Assembly (NCBI GenBank): GCA_036172245.1
Contig: JAYWIR010000003.1
Span: 4,464,001-4,528,000, forward strand
Direction of reading: 5' to 3'
Length of the DNA: 64,000 bases
Source of the DNA: Raillietiella orientalis
Lineage: Eukaryota
Shown: in pieces, positions 60,401 through 64,000 of the stretch
Position numbering within the stretch: the stretch's first letter is position 1
How the letters are laid out: each line of letters opens with the position of its first letter
Notes under the pieces: generated by a model
The model's database searches: none
What the model saw: only the letters and a program-made list of their open reading frames with translations
What the model was told of the DNA's origin: nothing
Made by a program: the position numbers and the translations under genes

Positions 60401-62364
60401 CTTGTGGGACTCGTGGGAGGAGGAGGGCAAAAGGGATGGATGAAGGAGCGCGAAGCGTTCCCGACGCCACGTGACTTCCGCATCGCCGAATGCGTGAGCG
60501 AGTGCCAACAGGGCGGAAGAGTAACTCGGCATGGGGGGGGGGGGGTCAGCGACTTCAATTCGGGTCCATCAACTCCTCCTTGAGCACCTCCAGCTGTCGC
60601 CTTTCATTTAGAAAGTACAGCGGGCGGGCGCTACCCCCGGGAATGCCGTTAGTTCCGAGGACGCTTTCGGGAAGAAACCCACGGTCCCCCGGTTCTGCAG
60701 GACCGCTCCCGGCGTGCGGTGGCGGCGGACTCAGGGATGGAAGGAGGAATAAATGCCAGAGGGAGATTTGACTACGACGACCTACCCCGCCGCCACCAAT
60801 GAGGACGCGAGAGGGCGCACCTCCAGATGCTTCACGAGCCTCCGCGTACCGCTGCTATCCTTGCCCTCTTGCTGTCCCGAAGGGAGGGCAGGGAAAACAG
60901 TCTTCTTTTCTATTAAGGACGCAGGAACCGACGCTGCCCAGCCGCGAGGGGAGAAAGGGAAGAAAGCTCGCTAGTCGTGGCGTGAAGGAGCTACCAGGAA
61001 GAGAATGGGGGCTCCCTTTACACCATAGGGAGGTTCTTCCTCCTCTCCTTCTCTCCGGTAGCCCTGGCCAGACGCCTCCATGCGACCAAGGGGAGAAGGG
61101 AAGGAGATGGTTGACCGCCGCGAAGGACAGGCGCAATCGGGGTGGGCTTTCTGCAAAACCCGATGGCAGAGGGGGAGGATGAGGCACACTCCCTTACTCC
61201 TGAATGTCCTGGTTCCGAAAAGCAGATTTCTCGCTCACCCCCGGGATCTCGAGAGATGGTCGCCAGTAGCCAGCAGCACCCGACCTACCCGAGTCCTCCC
61301 CCCTTTCCTTCTGGGAGACCCGACCCTTTTCGCTCTCCTCCCACGAGCCCCACACAGGAGAACAGGAAACCCCGGTGCTGCTTGGGAATACGGGAGGAGG
61401 AGCAGCAGCAGGCGAGAAAGATCTCTAGACGCAACGCTTAGCAGGTGAGGAAGAACGTCAGGTTCGTCCGCGTGCTCCCGAACGGATGCGCAGGAAAGCC
61501 CTGCAGACCAGTTGGGAAGTCCTCTACCCCGAGGGTGATCGGGGACCACGTGTGTGTGTGTGTCCTGCTGCCTCCTGACTCTCTGTGCACCCCCGAAGCA
61601 TTTGTGGGTGTACCGTGGAGAGGTCCCGCTCTGCAGCGGGAGCAGGCAGTGCACCAAGGATTCTCGGCTGGCGGTACGCATCTGTTTGGGATGAAAGGGA
61701 GAGGGAGAGGGAGCTAGCCGGAAGGGAGGTCACGCTTGAAACGGCTACGCCATGACTGGAGGTGCTGCTCCTCTGCTTCTCAGGAGGAGAGACATAAAAG
61801 AGAAAACACACCAGATGAGGAAACGGAGGGGATGGATGATGCGAGATGAGGGAGAGGTGCGAAAGAGTGGGGAGAGGTGTCGAATCTCCTGCAAAATTCC
61901 CTCCAGGGGGCAACAGTCGTGCGTTCTGTGAGACCCTGGAATTCCGTCTCCGGGAGATGCCACCCCGCTCGTCGCGGTGACCACTGGATGGACCGTACCC
62001 ACCCACGCACGTGACCCGAAGGCGAAGTCAACTCGGCTGGAGGGAGAGCGAGGTCACTGCAGACTCCCTCCGTAAAGCAAACGAACACGCCATTTCCTCT
62101 CGCGGCCGCAGCCGAAAGGTCATCCTCCCGGTCTCTGTGCACCCGACTCCCCCGGAGAGTGTTCCCTGGAGACGAAGGAGATGGAAGGAAGGTGGCCCCC
62201 TCGGATCCTGAGCAGGAAGGATAGGAAGGGAAGCAGGAAAAGATGAAGAGCGGCCCGTATCTTTGCTCATTGGCATCCGCATTCTGAGAAGCTGAGAACT
62301 CTGGATCGGGCAGAGAGGGGTATCCGCAACCGGTCTCCCTCGCCCATGGGCATTTGTGGAAAGG

Positions 62365-63960
62365 TTTTTACTCGGTGATGCCAGGACGTTTATTTTAAAA
62401 AGAAACAGGCCAGAGGGGAGCGGCACCCTCTGAATACAAGAGAAGCCAAAAAAAAAGAATGTCTTCGGGAATGACCACCGGCACACAGTCCGACTACTAA
62501 GGAAGTAGGGAACGGAGGGAGCTGACAGTAAATCAATCAATAAAAGACGGGAGGGGAGGGACAGGAGTCTTTGGTTTCAATCGTTGCTTTCTTTGTAGAA
62601 GCAGCTGCGTATGGTGGCGACCTCCCTGGAGAGACTTCTTCTTGCAGGCGAGGCTACCTTGAGGCCGTCTTCATGAACGTGGCTGCCATGATGGTGGCCT
62701 CCCTTCGCTGCAAACGTGACTCCAACACATGGCGGACTGTCACTATGGCGCGGATGCAGCATCTCGTTGCTATCACGTTGCCACAGAGCCCGTCTTCAGC
62801 CCACCTCCAGTGAAGAAGCACGAGTTCTTCGTGGCACACCATGCAGGTCTCTCCACCGAAGGAGTCCCTTCGCCCGGAAAGGAGCAATGGCGGCGTTCAC
62901 CAACCAACCCGCTCGTCTTGCAGCCATCGAGGAGTTTCTCGACTTCTGCAATTTTCGGGAGAACTCCCATCCTGCCGGCTAGCTGCAGTCATCGTTTGCC
63001 TCGAGGACAGACAGTGCTGTGGCAAGGGGTGTGATGGCTATCCGAGACCACTGCGTCCAGTCTTGCAGGAGATCTCCCAGCGGCTTGCATGGAATTTTCC
63101 GCACGCACTTCCAAAGTGGCAGCCTGGGACTCCCACGTCTCCTGTCGTCAGACGCTGAGGGCAGTTTTGGGGGCAGCAGGAGATCCACGAGTGAGCTACC
63201 AGAAGTGAGGAAAGATGCCTCGGGGGGCAACGATATCCAGTCTTCATATGTGGGTTGCGCAGCAGCAGCCAAAAAAGTCCTCGTGCGCTTCCAGCGCAGA
63301 GCCGGAGGATGTGGCGTGCCGGAACACATCAATGACAAGTCCACAATTTGCCACAAAGGGTCAAAAGTCGGAACGACACCTGCACTCCGAACTTGTGGAT
63401 GTTCAGGATGCCCAAGCCGGCATCCTGGCGCGACGAAAAGGTATGCACCTCACTGACGACGACAATTCCGCTGCATGAAGCGGATAGGATGCTGATGGCA
63501 GAGGACCTCTTGCACTATGAGGAAGAGGAGGAGGAAGCGGCATGGCGGTTCGAATTTTCCACGCAAACGAGGCCGCCCCTCACGCAGGTGAGACTCCGAT
63601 CCAGAGGCTCTTGGGGGAATCGTTATGCTTCGGCCACCCCGACGTTCAAGGGAGCGAAACGAAGGGATGGAAGGAGCTCTGTTCTCCCGGAGGCGGGTTG
63701 GTGGTATTCAGGTCGAAGATGGAATACAGGTGGAAAGTGAACTGACCCTGCCTGGACGACGTAGGGAAGTGGCTGCTACTCCGCTCCAAAAAGACCTGCG
63801 TGACACTCCCATGCTCACCTCTTTTGTATTCGCCGCTGGCCGTGGAGGCGGAAAGAAAAAAGCCTTCTCCAAGAATTTGGTTCGCCCTCACTCTCCCCGT
63901 CCCACCCACCCCACTCCGCTTCGTCCATCCACCTGGACGTCCATCTCCAAGTCGCGAACG
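62365..63960 (-). mobile_element. L1/Tx1-like LINE 3' portion with 3' UTR and short poly(A)
   Basis: 'QILGE' (about 63875), 'ARRAGWLVNAAIAP' and 'ETCMVCHEE'. The 3' UTR shares CGGACT..G(T/C)GTGCCGGT with the 26.8 kb copy. It ends AATAAA-CGT-CCTGG-CATCA-CCGA-GT-AAAAA (62394 to 62365). Confidence 0.65.
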
Positions 63961-64000
63961 GCTGATGGGTTGTCTAGGCCGCAGAAGCAGACCGATGGAG

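Overview
Eukaryotic, probably animal, genomic DNA. It is visibly GC-rich and CpG-rich, with interspersed AT-richer islands. I find no intact protein-coding gene, rRNA, bona fide tRNA, CRISPR array or prokaryotic operon; the long ORFs in the track are low-complexity R/G/P/S/A-rich frames. Most of the window appears to be a graveyard of old, frameshifted non-LTR retrotransposons of L1/Tx1 type (ORF1 with zinc-knuckle remnants, APE endonuclease, RT, C-terminal zinc finger, 3' UTR), mostly on the minus strand. The best-resolved structure is a decayed LINE at about 23.3-33.4 kb. It contains a nested 5'-truncated LINE (26.67-27.98 kb, with a recognisable target-site duplication) and a tRNA-derived SINE-like insert (28.65-28.78 kb). 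The most interesting observation is that four, possibly five, diverged LINE 3' ends share one terminal signature (AATAAA-N3-4-CCCGG-N5-CCGG) plus upstream stem-loops with apparent covariation. Also present: a 23-bp minisatellite, a three-way-junction fold at 3.7 kb, candidate plus-strand introns at 21-22.7 kb, and enhancer-like motif clusters. All protein-motif assignments are by-eye comparisons with remembered LINE motifs, not database results. Relic boundaries are approximate.
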